NCBI GenBank assembly: GCA_031549085.1
Contig: JAVBQL010000019.1
Location: forward strand, 696-64,695
Direction: 5' to 3'
Source of the DNA: Spirochaetota bacterium
Lineage (GTDB): Bacteria; Spirochaetota; GWE2-31-10; MWDO01
DNA length: 64,000 bases
This document shows, in pieces, positions 45,897-55,957 of this stretch. The notes under the pieces are model-generated. The model searched no databases. It was not told the DNA's origin and saw only the letters and a list, made by a program, of their open reading frames with translations. The position numbers and the translations under genes are program-made. The first letter of the stretch is position 1; each line of letters opens with the position of its first letter.

Positions 45897-46781
45897 TTAA
45901 CCAAACTTACCAATAAGGAAGTTTTCTGTCCTCTTGTCCTGCGGATTTGTAAAGAGTTTTTTTGTCTTTCCATACTCCACAAGCTCACCTAAATACATAA
46001 ATGCAGTCCAATCTGATATACGCCCCGCTTGAGAGAGGTTGTGCGTTACTAAAATTATAGTAACATTTTTCTTTAGCTGAACCAACAGCTCCTCTATGTG
46101 AGAAGTTGAAATTGGATCAAGAGCAGAGGTTGGTTCATCAAGCAATATTATCTCTGGATTCATAGCCAATGCGCGGGCAATACAGAGTCTCTGCTGCTGT
46201 CCGCCCGATAAAAATGTCCCCCTCTTATGAAGGTCATTGTTAACCTCCTTCCAAAGGCTTGTCATTGTTAGAGATCTCTCAACAATCGCATCAAACTCGC
46301 TCTTCTTCTTCTTTATTCCATTAAGTTTATATCCTGCAATAACATTATCATATATGCTCATCGTTGGAAATGGGTTTGGACGCTGAAAAACCATTCCGAT
46401 CTTTCGTCTAACCATAATTGGATCTTCTTCCAATATATTCTCATTTTGAAGAGCGATTTTTCCCTCAACTCTCACATTTGGTGATGTCTCATGTATACGG
46501 TTTAGACAGCGAAGAAGCGTTGTCTTTCCACAGCCTGATGGCCCCATAATGGCAGTTATTTTTTTACTCATAAATGAGAGGCTCACATTATTGACAGCGA
46601 TTTTATCCCCATAGTAGACGTGGACATTCTCAAGTTTAAGAATCTCCTCGTTCCTCTCTTCAAGTTTTTTTTCACCCCTATTTTTCTTTAATTTTTCAAA
46701 ATTTCTCTTTTTTTCCTCATATCTATCTTCACCATCTTGCTTATCTTCTGAATATGAGCTATCTAAAATTTTATCTTCCAT
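45897..46781 (-). CDS. pstB: Phosphate ABC transporter ATPase
   Basis: Walker A GPSGCGKTT, signature LSGGQQQRL, Walker B ILLDEP. The track start is 46853. I prefer ATG 46781 (MEDKIL), preceded by GGTGG, which still leaves a ~45-aa charged N-terminal extension. Confidence 0.85.
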   Translation of the reverse strand: MEDKILDSSYSEDKQDGEDRYEEKKRNFEKLKKNRGEKKLEERNEEILKLENVHVYYGDKIAVNNVSLSFMSKKITAIMGPSGCGKTTLLRCLNRIHETSPNVRVEGKIALQNENILEEDPIMVRRKIGMVFQRPNPFPTMSIYDNVIAGYKLNGIKKKKSEFDAIVERSLTMTSLWKEVNNDLHKRGTFLSGGQQQRLCIARALAMNPEIILLDEPTSALDPISTSHIEELLVQLKKNVTIILVTHNLSQAGRISDWTAFMYLGELVEYGKTKKLFTNPQDKRTENFLIGKFG

Positions 46782-47623
46782 TTTCTTACCACCACTTTTG
46801 ATATTATATTTATAATTAGAATTATCGAAACAAGAACAAATGAGGCTCCCCATGCTGTAAGGTGCGAATTTGGTGAGGAGTCCATAGAGTAATTGTATAT
46901 TATTTGAGGAAGACTATTCATTGGTCTAAATAGATCTGTGCTAAAAAAGTTATTTCCATATGCAGTAAAAAGAAGCGGAGCTGTCTCACCTGCTATACGA
47001 GATATACCAAGCAGAACACCAGTTGTAATACCGCTTAATGCCGCAGGAAGTATAACTTTAAGAATCGTTCTATAGTATGGAACGCCAAGAGCAATACTCG
47101 CCTCTTTATAGGTCTCTGGAATCAGCTTTATTGTCTCCTCTGTATTTTTAATAATAACAGGAAGCATCATAAAGCTTAGGGCGACAGAGCCAACAAAACC
47201 TGAATATCCAATAATCCTCGACTGCACAAGCCATATGTTTACAATAAGCCCAATTACAATTGATGGCACACCCTGCAAAATATCGATACTCCACTGTATT
47301 ATAAAAGATAGTTTGCTCTTTTGATTCTCCGAAAGGTAGACACCAACCATAATTCCAAGCGGCGTTGTCAATATTGTTGTCGTAATAATTAGAATAAATG
47401 TTCCAACAATATCTTTTCCAATTCCTCCAGTCGTTGCTCCAAGCAGCCTCTTCGGTTTAAAGATAAAGTCAAAATCGATAACAGATATTCCATTTTTTAT
47501 TATCATAAATATTATTAAAAATAGAGGGGCAATGATTGCAATAGAAAATAGAAATATAATAAAGGTAAAAAGTCTATTTTTTATCTTCTCTGCCCCAATT
47601 TTTTTTGATAAATCACTCTTCAT
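46763..47623 (-). CDS. pstA: Phosphate ABC transporter permease
   Basis: Six-TM permease with an EAA-loop-like motif (EASIALGVPYYRTILKVILP); position in the pst operon. Confidence 0.85.
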   Translation of the reverse strand: MKSDLSKKIGAEKIKNRLFTFIIFLFSIAIIAPLFLIIFMIIKNGISVIDFDFIFKPKRLLGATTGGIGKDIVGTFILIITTTILTTPLGIMVGVYLSENQKSKLSFIIQWSIDILQGVPSIVIGLIVNIWLVQSRIIGYSGFVGSVALSFMMLPVIIKNTEETIKLIPETYKEASIALGVPYYRTILKVILPAALSGITTGVLLGISRIAGETAPLLFTAYGNNFFSTDLFRPMNSLPQIIYNYSMDSSPNSHLTAWGASFVLVSIILIINIISKVVVRKWKIKF

Positions 47624-47632
47624 ATATTGAAT

Positions 47633-48568
47633 TTACACCTTAAATTTATTTATAATATATTTTCCTGAGAAATTAACAAGAACAGTAATTACCATAAGTA
47701 TGAACCCAAGCTCAATGAGGGTTGCACTTTGGATTCCTGTCGCCTCTCCAAACTGATTCGCAATAACACTCGCAATGGTGTTGCCAGTATCAAAGAGGTT
47801 TTTTGGTATCTGATTCTTGTTTCCAATAAGCATAGTAACTGCCATTGTCTCTCCCAAAGCTCGTCCAAGAGATAGAATAACCCCAGCAAATATACCAGAT
47901 AGGGCATATGGAAACATTATCTTCATTACCACCTTATATTTAGTAGAGCCCAAACTTAAGCCCGCCTCTATCAAATCATTTGGAACAAGCTCAAGCACCT
48001 CACGGCTGATTGAGGCAGTATATGGAATAATCATTATTGCCAATATTATTGATGATGTTAGAATTCCATAGCCAGTTGCATCTATTATACCAAACGACTT
48101 TGCAATATTTTTTACAATCGGTCCCAAAAAATAGAACCCCCAGAAGCCATATATTATTGATGGAATCCCAGCCAAAAGCTCCGTTGTTGTCTTTATGAAG
48201 CTTGCAAGAAACCCCTTTTTTAAATAGGAGGATAGCAATATTGCAATTGATAGTGAAAATGGAAGTGACATAAGGATTGCAAGAAGTGAGGTCAGCACAG
48301 TACCAGCTATAAATGGGAGTGCCCCATAGTTATCTGTTCTATAGTCCCAGCTGTTTGAGAAGAAGAAGCCAATACCAAATTTTTTTATTGCTGGAAATGA
48401 TGCAATAAAAAGAATAATAAGCATAAATATAATTATCAAGACAACAAGAATCCCTGAAAAGAGAAGCAGTTTATTAAATGCTATATTAAGAATCCTCTCT
48501 TTTCTTAAAAAGAGAGGCTCTTGTACACTCTTATTATCTTTTTTAGTTGTACTATTTTTTGATAACAT
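47633..48568 (-). CDS. pstC: Phosphate ABC transporter permease
   Basis: EAGLSLGSTKYKVVMKIMFP EAA loop; operon position. Confidence 0.85.
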   Translation of the reverse strand: MLSKNSTTKKDNKSVQEPLFLRKERILNIAFNKLLLFSGILVVLIIIFMLIILFIASFPAIKKFGIGFFFSNSWDYRTDNYGALPFIAGTVLTSLLAILMSLPFSLSIAILLSSYLKKGFLASFIKTTTELLAGIPSIIYGFWGFYFLGPIVKNIAKSFGIIDATGYGILTSSIILAIMIIPYTASISREVLELVPNDLIEAGLSLGSTKYKVVMKIMFPYALSGIFAGVILSLGRALGETMAVTMLIGNKNQIPKNLFDTGNTIASVIANQFGEATGIQSATLIELGFILMVITVLVNFSGKYIINKFKV

Positions 48569-49656
48569 TACGGTAGTTTTCCTTCACTAATTGTCTTTCC
48601 CCCGAAAGTTATACTGTCTATTATAATATTGGTTCTCTCAACAGCATTCAAAGGAAGTGGAGAGTAGTCCAATGGCTTGCAATACTCTTGCCCATCTTTA
48701 ACAATCCATTTCAAAAGGCTATATAGTGCTTCTGCCTGCTTTTTGCTTCTGTTATTATAGTTTTGTTCCTTATAGAATATAAGCCATGTAAAGCTCACAA
48801 TTGGATAGCCCATCTCTGCTGCACTATCTGTGATTGTTACTCTTGTGTCGCTTGGGATCTCAACCTCACCAGCCAGACTTATTGTATCAAGTGTAGGTTT
48901 AACAAAGTATCCACTCTTGTTTTTTATATGTGCCATCTTAAGGCTGTTTTGTATAGCAAATGATATCTCAACATAACCAATAGAGCCACTCAATTGTCCA
49001 ACCAAACTTGCAACACCGGGATTTCCTTTACCGCTTACAATATTTTTTGCAAGCCAGTTTACAGATTTGCCTCTGCCAACTTTGCTCTCCCACTCAGGAC
49101 TCGCCTTCGTTAGGTAGTCAGTAAATATAAAAGTTGTACCGCTGCTATCAGCTCTATTAACCACAGTTATATTAAGATCAGGAAGTTCAACACCAATGTT
49201 ATCTGCCTTAATCATATAGTCATTCCACTTGGTTATCTCACCCATAAATATTTTTGACAATGTAAGCCCAGATAATTTTATATCTGCAGATACATTTGGT
49301 ATATTATAAACAAGAACAACACCACCTATACATGTAGGTATATGCAATACCTCCTCTGCTGATGCTTTAAGCTCTTCATCTGTAAGGTAGGCGTCAGTTG
49401 CCCCAAAATCTATTGTCTTCTCCATAAGTTGCTTTATTCCGCCACCAGACCCAATCGCCTGATAGTTTACCATGATACTTGTTTTGTTATGGTATTCGTC
49501 AAACATTTTAACATATAGAGGGTTTGGAAATGTTGCTCCCGCACCCAAAATCTCTTTTACGTTCTCCTCTTTTTTACATGATGAAAAAAGAACAACCATA
49601 ATCATACTAACGAAAATCACTACTCTCTTCATAAATAATTTTCTCCTTAATCTCAC
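48568..49656 (-). CDS. pstS: Phosphate-binding lipoprotein
   Basis: Lipobox LFSSC. GAGATFP and SGTT phosphate-binding motifs. The start may be the internal Met at 49632. Confidence 0.85.
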   Translation of the reverse strand: MRLRRKLFMKRVVIFVSMIMVVLFSSCKKEENVKEILGAGATFPNPLYVKMFDEYHNKTSIMVNYQAIGSGGGIKQLMEKTIDFGATDAYLTDEELKASAEEVLHIPTCIGGVVLVYNIPNVSADIKLSGLTLSKIFMGEITKWNDYMIKADNIGVELPDLNITVVNRADSSGTTFIFTDYLTKASPEWESKVGRGKSVNWLAKNIVSGKGNPGVASLVGQLSGSIGYVEISFAIQNSLKMAHIKNKSGYFVKPTLDTISLAGEVEIPSDTRVTITDSAAEMGYPIVSFTWLIFYKEQNYNNRSKKQAEALYSLLKWIVKDGQEYCKPLDYSPLPLNAVERTNIIIDSITFGGKTISEGKLP

Positions 49657-49857
49657 AACAAAATATTATAAACTTTTTTATTGTTACTAATTTATTGTTA
49701 CTAATCAAGTGAATATTACGATATAAGTGTTAAGAGTTTATTAAGATTTTTATTTTTTTTAATTATAAATATGTTTTTGACAAATCGGCATATTTTTAGT
49801 AATATTATAGTGGTTATTGACCTATTACTACTATAAAATAGAAAAGCGGAGAGAGAG

Positions 49858-50847
49858 ATGCACTATTTTGCTGGAATTGATCTGGGTGGTACAAAAATAT
49901 ATACCATAATAATAGATGAGAGTGGAAAGATACTATCAAGAATAAAGGTAAAAATTGCTGGCAACATAAATCTAAATTTTATAGTTGATTCCATCGTAAA
50001 GACATATAAAGATGCAATTGCAGAGGCTAAAATCGATGAAAAAGATATTAAAGCAATCGGAATGGCAGTTCCATCAGCAGTAAATATAGAGACACAAACA
50101 TTAGTACACGCTCCAAATCTTGGCTGGAAAAATGTTCCATTATCAAAAATAGTTTATGAAAAATTGAATAAACCAGTTTTTATGGATAATGATGCAAACA
50201 TGGGTACCTATGGAGAGTATGCCCTAGGGGTTGCAAAGGGCTTGAAACATATATATGGAATATTTGTCGGCACAGGCATTGGCGGCGGTTATATAATAAA
50301 CGATGAGATAATAAGGGGAGACAATTTTACAACAGGGGAAATTGGACATACAATTGTAAAGATGGATGGCCCAAAGTGCAACTGCGGTAGAAAGGGGTGT
50401 CTTGAAGCAATTGCAAGCAAAGTTGGAATTGTTAAATATATAAGAAAAAGAGTAGAAAAAAAGAACGAAAAAACAATACTGGATCAGATTTCTCCAAACT
50501 GGTCAAAAAGTGTCGGCTCATCCTCTCTCTATAAAGCCCTCGCAAAGGGAGATAGAGTTGTTACAAAGGCACTGAACAGAAGTGGTAAAGCAATTGGTAT
50601 AGCCTCTGCAAACATAGTTAACCTAATTGGTGTTGAGGGAATTATACTTGGCGGCGGTGTTATTGAGGAGCTTGGGGACTTTTTAGTTCCTATAATAAGA
50701 AAAAACCTTATGGAGTATTCTATGGCAAATGGAGCTGATAAGATAAAACTCTTGATATCAACATTAGGAGATGATGCTGTAGCCCTTGGCGTTGCATGGT
50801 TTGTATCATTAGAAAAAAACAAGAGCTATCTCTACAATGGTCAATAA
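49858..50847 (+). CDS. glk: ROK-family glucokinase
   Basis: GIDLGGTK ATP-binding motif and the ROK zinc motif CNCGRKGCLE. Confidence 0.8.
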   Translation: MHYFAGIDLGGTKIYTIIIDESGKILSRIKVKIAGNINLNFIVDSIVKTYKDAIAEAKIDEKDIKAIGMAVPSAVNIETQTLVHAPNLGWKNVPLSKIVYEKLNKPVFMDNDANMGTYGEYALGVAKGLKHIYGIFVGTGIGGGYIINDEIIRGDNFTTGEIGHTIVKMDGPKCNCGRKGCLEAIASKVGIVKYIRKRVEKKNEKTILDQISPNWSKSVGSSSLYKALAKGDRVVTKALNRSGKAIGIASANIVNLIGVEGIILGGGVIEELGDFLVPIIRKNLMEYSMANGADKIKLLISTLGDDAVALGVAWFVSLEKNKSYLYNGQ

Positions 50848-50900
50848 AATTTAAGAAAAGGTTTAAAATTAAGATATAAAATTAATTTTAGGAAAAAGTT

Positions 50901-51257
50901 ATGGGTAAAATATTAGTAGCGGATGATAATGAAGTTAACAGAAAGATGCTTGAGATAGTTCTAAAAAAAAACGGTTATGAGTGCAATACAGCATCAAACG
51001 GAAAAGAGGTTCTTGAAATAGCAGAGAGAGAGGAGATATCACTAATATTTATGGATTGCCAAATGCCTGAAATGAATGGTTATCAGGCCACATTCGAACT
51101 TAGAAGACGTGGAGAGACTATGCCAATCATTGCTGTTACGGGTAACTCTGACGATGAAGACAGAGAGGCTGCAATCAAAGCAGGTATGAATGACTACCTA
51201 ATCAAACCCTATAAAAAAGAGGACATAGAACAAATACTAAAGAGATGGTTAAAATAA
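50901..51257 (+). CDS. Stand-alone response-regulator receiver (REC) protein
   Basis: ILVADDN, phospho-acceptor FMDCQMPEMNG and conserved LIKP. No output domain. Confidence 0.8.
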   Translation: MGKILVADDNEVNRKMLEIVLKKNGYECNTASNGKEVLEIAEREEISLIFMDCQMPEMNGYQATFELRRRGETMPIIAVTGNSDDEDREAAIKAGMNDYLIKPYKKEDIEQILKRWLK

Positions 51258-51280
51258 ATTAAATTAGAAGAGGATACTAT

Positions 51281-51622
51281 ATGGCTGATGACATATTTAA
51301 CTATGAGCTAATGTTAGAAAATTATATGGGAGAGAAAGAACTTGTAATAGATGTGCTTGGAGTCTATAAAAATAAGGTTGAAAAACAGCTTGAAAAAATT
51401 GAGCAGGCCATAACTGATAAAAATGTAGATGTGCTGAAATTTGAGTCACACTCAATAAAGGGTGGATCTTACAATGTAACTGCAAAAAAAATGGGCGATA
51501 TTGCTTTAAAAATGGAGAGTGACTGCAAGACAAATAACCTTACAAATATGGAATCATATTTTAAAGACCTGAAAGAAGAATTTGAAAAATTTACAGAAGC
51601 AATAGACTACCTACTAAAATAA
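51281..51622 (+). CDS. Histidine phosphotransfer (Hpt) domain protein
   Basis: FESHSIKGGSYNV matches the Hpt H-x-x-K-G signature; ~110 aa, helical. Confidence 0.65.
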   Translation: MADDIFNYELMLENYMGEKELVIDVLGVYKNKVEKQLEKIEQAITDKNVDVLKFESHSIKGGSYNVTAKKMGDIALKMESDCKTNNLTNMESYFKDLKEEFEKFTEAIDYLLK

Positions 51623-53299
51623 GTGCAAGAAAATAGTAACATAATATTCCTACCATTATCAAACAAAAAATTATCCACTGTTGATGTACTTCTGGTAACA
51701 GGCGATCTCTATATAGATCACCCCTCCTTTGGCATAGCTATAATAGCACGCCTTCTTGAATCTTTGGGTTTGACAGTTTGTATAGTCTCAACCCCACCCT
51801 ACTATGATAAAGAGTTTCTAAAAACAGTCCCAGATGTAAAACTATTTGTTGGTATAACGGCTGGAAACCTCGACAGTATGGTTGCAAACTACTCAAGCCA
51901 GAGGGTAGAGCGAAAAGTAAACGAATATAATATTGATAATGAGGTTCATTTTCCAAATGGTTTAAAAAAGAGGCCAGACCTTGCAACAATAGTCTACACA
52001 AGCTATTTTAAATCAAGGTATAAAGTGCCTATAATTTTGGGTGGGATAGAGGCTTCCCTTCGAAGATTTGTCCACTATGATTTTGTTACACAAAATTTGC
52101 GCCGCTCTATTTTGACAGACTCAAAAGCAGATTTGATTATCTATTCAATGGGTGAGAAGGCCCTAACTGAAACTGTAGATAGATTGAAAAGTGGCGAGAG
52201 TTTAATTGGTATAGATGGAACTGCTATAAAGATGAATGGAAAGAGCCTAGAAAATATTGAGTCTATAAAGCTTCCATCATTCAAAGAGATTCAAAACGAC
52301 AGAGAGCTGCTAATAAAAACGACCTCTATATTAGAAGAGAACTTCACATTTAAGAGTGATAAAATTTTGGCACAGGAGCAGAATGATAACAATTTTGTTG
52401 TTGTCTATCCCCCACAGAAACCCCTAACAACGGAGGAGCTTGATAGAGTCTATGCCCTACCGTTTAAAAAAGATTTTCCAGCCTATGTAGATAGAATCAA
52501 AGCCTTTGAGATGATAAAGAATTCAGTAACATCACATAGGGGCTGCTATGGTGGTTGCAGTTTTTGTGCAATTGGGCTCCATCAAGGGAAAATTATAACC
52601 TCAAGAAGCAAGAACTCAATAGTTGATGAAGTAAAAAAACTAACCAAGCAAAACTATTTTAGAGGGACAGTCAGTGATATAGGTGGTCCAACAGCAAATA
52701 TGTATGGCTCAAAATGTAAAACCCATGGCTGCAAAAAGGTAAGCTGTCTCTATCCATCTATATGTGAAAACCTTATTCTTGATGAAAAGAGTTATATGGA
52801 GCTTCTAACAGAGGCTAAAAATATAGCAGGAGTAAAAAATCTATTTGTCTCATCAGGTATCAGGCACGACATAGCCCTTATTAAGAAGCTTGAGACAGAA
52901 AAAATTATCATAGAGCACACAAGCGGCAGATTAAAAATCGCCCCTGAACATATTGATGAGAGGATTCTCTCTCTTATGAGAAAACCATCAAATAAGACTC
53001 TGATAGATTTTATCAATTTTTTTAACGATATCAAAAATAGAAATGGTCTCAATTTCTATATAGCTTCATATATAATCCTCTCATTCCCCGGAAGCAGTGA
53101 CAACTCTGTAAAGAGGCTTGAGCAATTTCTTACGAAGTACAATATCAAAACCAAACACTATCAAGACTTTACCCCTACCCCCATGACCATGGCAACAGCA
53201 ATGTTCTATGCAAAAAAAGATTTGAACAGTAATGATATAAAAGTTGTTGCTCCATCTGTAAGAAATAGAGAACGCAGAATACTAGAGAGAGAAGATTAA
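51623..53299 (+). CDS. YgiQ-family (UPF0313) radical SAM protein
   Basis: GTG start immediately after the Hpt stop. N-terminal VLLVTGDLYIDHPSFG and radical SAM CYGGCSFC (CxxxCxxC). Confidence 0.8.
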   Translation: MQENSNIIFLPLSNKKLSTVDVLLVTGDLYIDHPSFGIAIIARLLESLGLTVCIVSTPPYYDKEFLKTVPDVKLFVGITAGNLDSMVANYSSQRVERKVNEYNIDNEVHFPNGLKKRPDLATIVYTSYFKSRYKVPIILGGIEASLRRFVHYDFVTQNLRRSILTDSKADLIIYSMGEKALTETVDRLKSGESLIGIDGTAIKMNGKSLENIESIKLPSFKEIQNDRELLIKTTSILEENFTFKSDKILAQEQNDNNFVVVYPPQKPLTTEELDRVYALPFKKDFPAYVDRIKAFEMIKNSVTSHRGCYGGCSFCAIGLHQGKIITSRSKNSIVDEVKKLTKQNYFRGTVSDIGGPTANMYGSKCKTHGCKKVSCLYPSICENLILDEKSYMELLTEAKNIAGVKNLFVSSGIRHDIALIKKLETEKIIIEHTSGRLKIAPEHIDERILSLMRKPSNKTLIDFINFFNDIKNRNGLNFYIASYIILSFPGSSDNSVKRLEQFLTKYNIKTKHYQDFTPTPMTMATAMFYAKKDLNSNDIKVVAPSVRNRERRILERED

Positions 53300-53737
53300 T
53301 TTAAATAGCCCATAAGCCTTCATTAAAAGGCTCTCATTAAAATAGTTTAATGGTTCATTATATGGAAAATAGATAAACATTCTAATGATATATACAATAA
53401 TTGTTACCACAAGCAGAGAAACCCATAAAATATTGTTTGAATATAGTTTTTGAAAGGTAGAAGAAAAATTTTTTAGAAATAATATTAAGACTATAACAAG
53501 AGGCAAAAGAAAGAGAGGATGATAAAAAAGTGCCTCTTTTAGTGAGTGGTGTATAATAATGGCATACCAAGCTCTTGTCATCCCACACCCTGGGCATGGA
53601 AGCCCAAAAATAACTTTTGATAAACATAGAGTTATATTTAAATAACGAGAAATAAGAAGTAAAAATACCACTATTAAAAATAATAGTGGTATCAAAATTA
53701 ATAATAGTGGTTTTTTAAAAGATAATTTATTAAGCAT
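53282..53737 (-). CDS. DUF2752-family membrane protein
   Basis: CPGCGMTRA motif and multiple TM helices. Confidence 0.65.
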   Translation of the reverse strand: MLNKLSFKKPLLLILIPLLFLIVVFLLLISRYLNITLCLSKVIFGLPCPGCGMTRAWYAIIIHHSLKEALFYHPLFLLPLVIVLILFLKNFSSTFQKLYSNNILWVSLLVVTIIVYIIRMFIYFPYNEPLNYFNESLLMKAYGLFKLIFSL

Positions 53738-53753
53738 ATGGTTATCTTTAAAA

Positions 53754-54155
53754 TTAAATTTCTTTTTCCCAGACGTTGTTTAATTTAGACTGTAAAAGTA
53801 CATTTGCAATTATGCCAGTTATCCCCATACTAACTGCAGAACATAAAATAAGTATTAGAAATAGAACACCATACTCCTCGCTGGATACAATGCCAGCCTT
53901 CTCCTCTACTTTTTTAAGAAGAACGCCATATTTGTAGTTCCAATATATCCAATATATACCACAAGTAAACATACAAAGTAGAAGCTCCGCAAAGGGTGAA
54001 ATTTTTGGATCGTCCAAATATTGCTTAACATCTTTAGATGTTACATATATCCAGTATAAAAAATATATACCACAAGTGATAATAGTAAATATTATAACTA
54101 ATGCTGGACTTCTTATAGTTCCTTTCATACTCTCATTCCTTAATAAAAGATACAA
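53754..54155 (-). CDS. DUF4234-like small membrane protein, paralog 1
   Basis: TCGIYFLYWIY and a second CGIYWIYWNYKY repeat. The likely start is the internal MKGTIRSP (54128). Confidence 0.6.
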   Translation of the reverse strand: MYLLLRNESMKGTIRSPALVIIFTIITCGIYFLYWIYVTSKDVKQYLDDPKISPFAELLLCMFTCGIYWIYWNYKYGVLLKKVEEKAGIVSSEEYGVLFLILILCSAVSMGITGIIANVLLQSKLNNVWEKEI

Positions 54156-54191
54156 AATAGATAATCTTGTTTTTTAAAAAAAAACTAACTT

Positions 54192-54575
54192 TTAACTAAT
54201 TAAACTATTTTTTTCCCAAATTTCATTTAATTTAGACTGAAAAAAGTAGACAGCAACATAGGTTACTAGCCAATATGTAAACCATCCAACAACAGTAAGC
54301 AGCAAGTTCGCAATAGAAAAATCTTTTTCAAACTCTACCCCAATTTTCTCGCCCTCTTTTTGAATAATACCACTATAGTTATAATACCAATAAATCGTAT
54401 ATAAGCCACAAGTAATGATAATAAATACAATCTCCCTCATTGGAGAGATTGTAGGTTCATCCAAATAAGCTTTAATTTCTTTTGTAGTAGTATAAATCCA
54501 GTATAAATGATATATTCCAAATGTAACTAGACTAAGAACAACAATTCTTATCGGATCTTTCACTTCACCTTTCAT
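54192..54575 (-). CDS. DUF4234-like small membrane protein, paralog 2
   Basis: FGIYHLYWIY / CGLYTIYWYYNY. C-terminal FQSKLNEIWEK is shared with the other paralogs. Confidence 0.6.
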   Translation of the reverse strand: MKGEVKDPIRIVVLSLVTFGIYHLYWIYTTTKEIKAYLDEPTISPMREIVFIIITCGLYTIYWYYNYSGIIQKEGEKIGVEFEKDFSIANLLLTVVGWFTYWLVTYVAVYFFQSKLNEIWEKNSLIS

Positions 54576-54615
54576 TTATACAATATTCCTTATTAACAAT
54601 AACAAAATATATGAA

Positions 54616-54999
54616 CTAAACTTTTTCCCAAATAGCATTCAATTTAGATTGGAAAATAAAAAGAGCTGCATATAAAGCTATTCCACATGTGAAATATGCA
54701 GCAACAACAAGGATCAAAATAGTAATAGAAAAATCCTTCTCAAAGCCTACACCAACCTTTTCTCCCTCTTTTTGTATAACACTGCTATACTTGTAATACC
54801 AGTAGATGATATAGAGTCCAAAGGTAACAATAGAGAATACAAGTTCTCTTGTCGGCGAAATTTCCGAATCGTTCAAATAGTTCTTAATTTCTTTTGTGGT
54901 AACATAAATCCAGTAGAAATAATATATTCCACATGTAATAATACTGAAAAGGATAACCGTTATCGGATTTCTCGTAGTTCCTTTCATTTTATATAACAC
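54616..54999 (-). CDS. DUF4234-like small membrane protein, paralog 3
   Basis: CGIYYFYWIY / FGLYIIYWYYKY. The likely start is MKGTTRNP (54987). Confidence 0.6.
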   Translation of the reverse strand: MLYKMKGTTRNPITVILFSIITCGIYYFYWIYVTTKEIKNYLNDSEISPTRELVFSIVTFGLYIIYWYYKYSSVIQKEGEKVGVGFEKDFSITILILVVAAYFTCGIALYAALFIFQSKLNAIWEKV

Positions 55000-55195
55000 T
55001 CCTTAATAAAAAAATATTTTATATTATAAAAAAAATCAATATAAACATCAACAATAATTTATTTACCAAAAATAAATTTGCAAAATTAATCATATTTTGG
55101 TATCCTATCTCTAAAATTTATATACTAAAATAGTCATTTCACATAGAAGTATTTGAAAATAGAATTTTTTTAATTAAAAAATTTAAGGAGTCCTT

Positions 55196-55957
55196 ATGGG
55201 TAAAATTATAGCAATAGCCAATCAAAAGGGGGGAGTTGGAAAGACCACAACTGCAATAAATCTCTCTGCAGCTATTGCAACAGCTAACAAACGTGTGCTG
55301 GTTGTCGACTTTGATCAGCAGGGAAATGCAACATCAGGCTTTGGGCTCTCTCTGGACTCTGATAAGACTATCTATGAAGTTATTATGGGACACATAGATA
55401 TAGGCGAAGCAATAGTAAAGAGTGTGGCAGCAAACTGTGACATTGTGCCTGCAAATATAAACCTAGCTGGTGCCGCAGTTGAACTTGTGAATATGAAAGA
55501 TAGAGAGTTCTTTCTAAAAAATGCACTCCACTCAATAAAGAGTGATTATGACTATATATTTATAGATTGCCCTCCATCACTTGGAATGCTAACCATCAAT
55601 GGACTTGCTGCGTGTGATACCGTTCTTATTCCTCTGCAAACAGAATTTTTTGCACTGCTTGGAATATCCCAGCTTGTTGACACAATAAATTTAATAAAGC
55701 AGAGTATAAACCCAAATATCTCAATCGAGGGTGTAATACTCACAATGCTTGACAAGAGAACCCATCTAACTGATGATGTAATAAAAAACACAATCCGCCA
55801 CTTTGGCAACAAAGTATACAAAACTATGATACCAAGAAATATCAAGGTTGCAGAGTCTCCCTCTTTTGGTGTGCCTGTCCTTCTTCATGACAAAAATTGT
55901 ATTGGTTCAAAGGCATATATCGAGCTTGCCAAGGAGCTTATAGATGGCGAAAAGTAG
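55196..55957 (+). CDS. parA: Chromosome-partitioning ATPase ParA/Soj
   Basis: Deviant Walker A NQKGGVGKTT. Confidence 0.9.
   Translation: MGKIIAIANQKGGVGKTTTAINLSAAIATANKRVLVVDFDQQGNATSGFGLSLDSDKTIYEVIMGHIDIGEAIVKSVAANCDIVPANINLAGAAVELVNMKDREFFLKNALHSIKSDYDYIFIDCPPSLGMLTINGLAACDTVLIPLQTEFFALLGISQLVDTINLIKQSINPNISIEGVILTMLDKRTHLTDDVIKNTIRHFGNKVYKTMIPRNIKVAESPSFGVPVLLHDKNCIGSKAYIELAKELIDGEK

Noticed and set aside
45897-46853. The long pstB start at 46853 (MGSLICSCFDNSNYKY...)
   Set aside because: It would overlap pstA by 91 nt. The internal ATG at 46781 has a GGTGG Shine-Dalgarno sequence and is the more plausible start.
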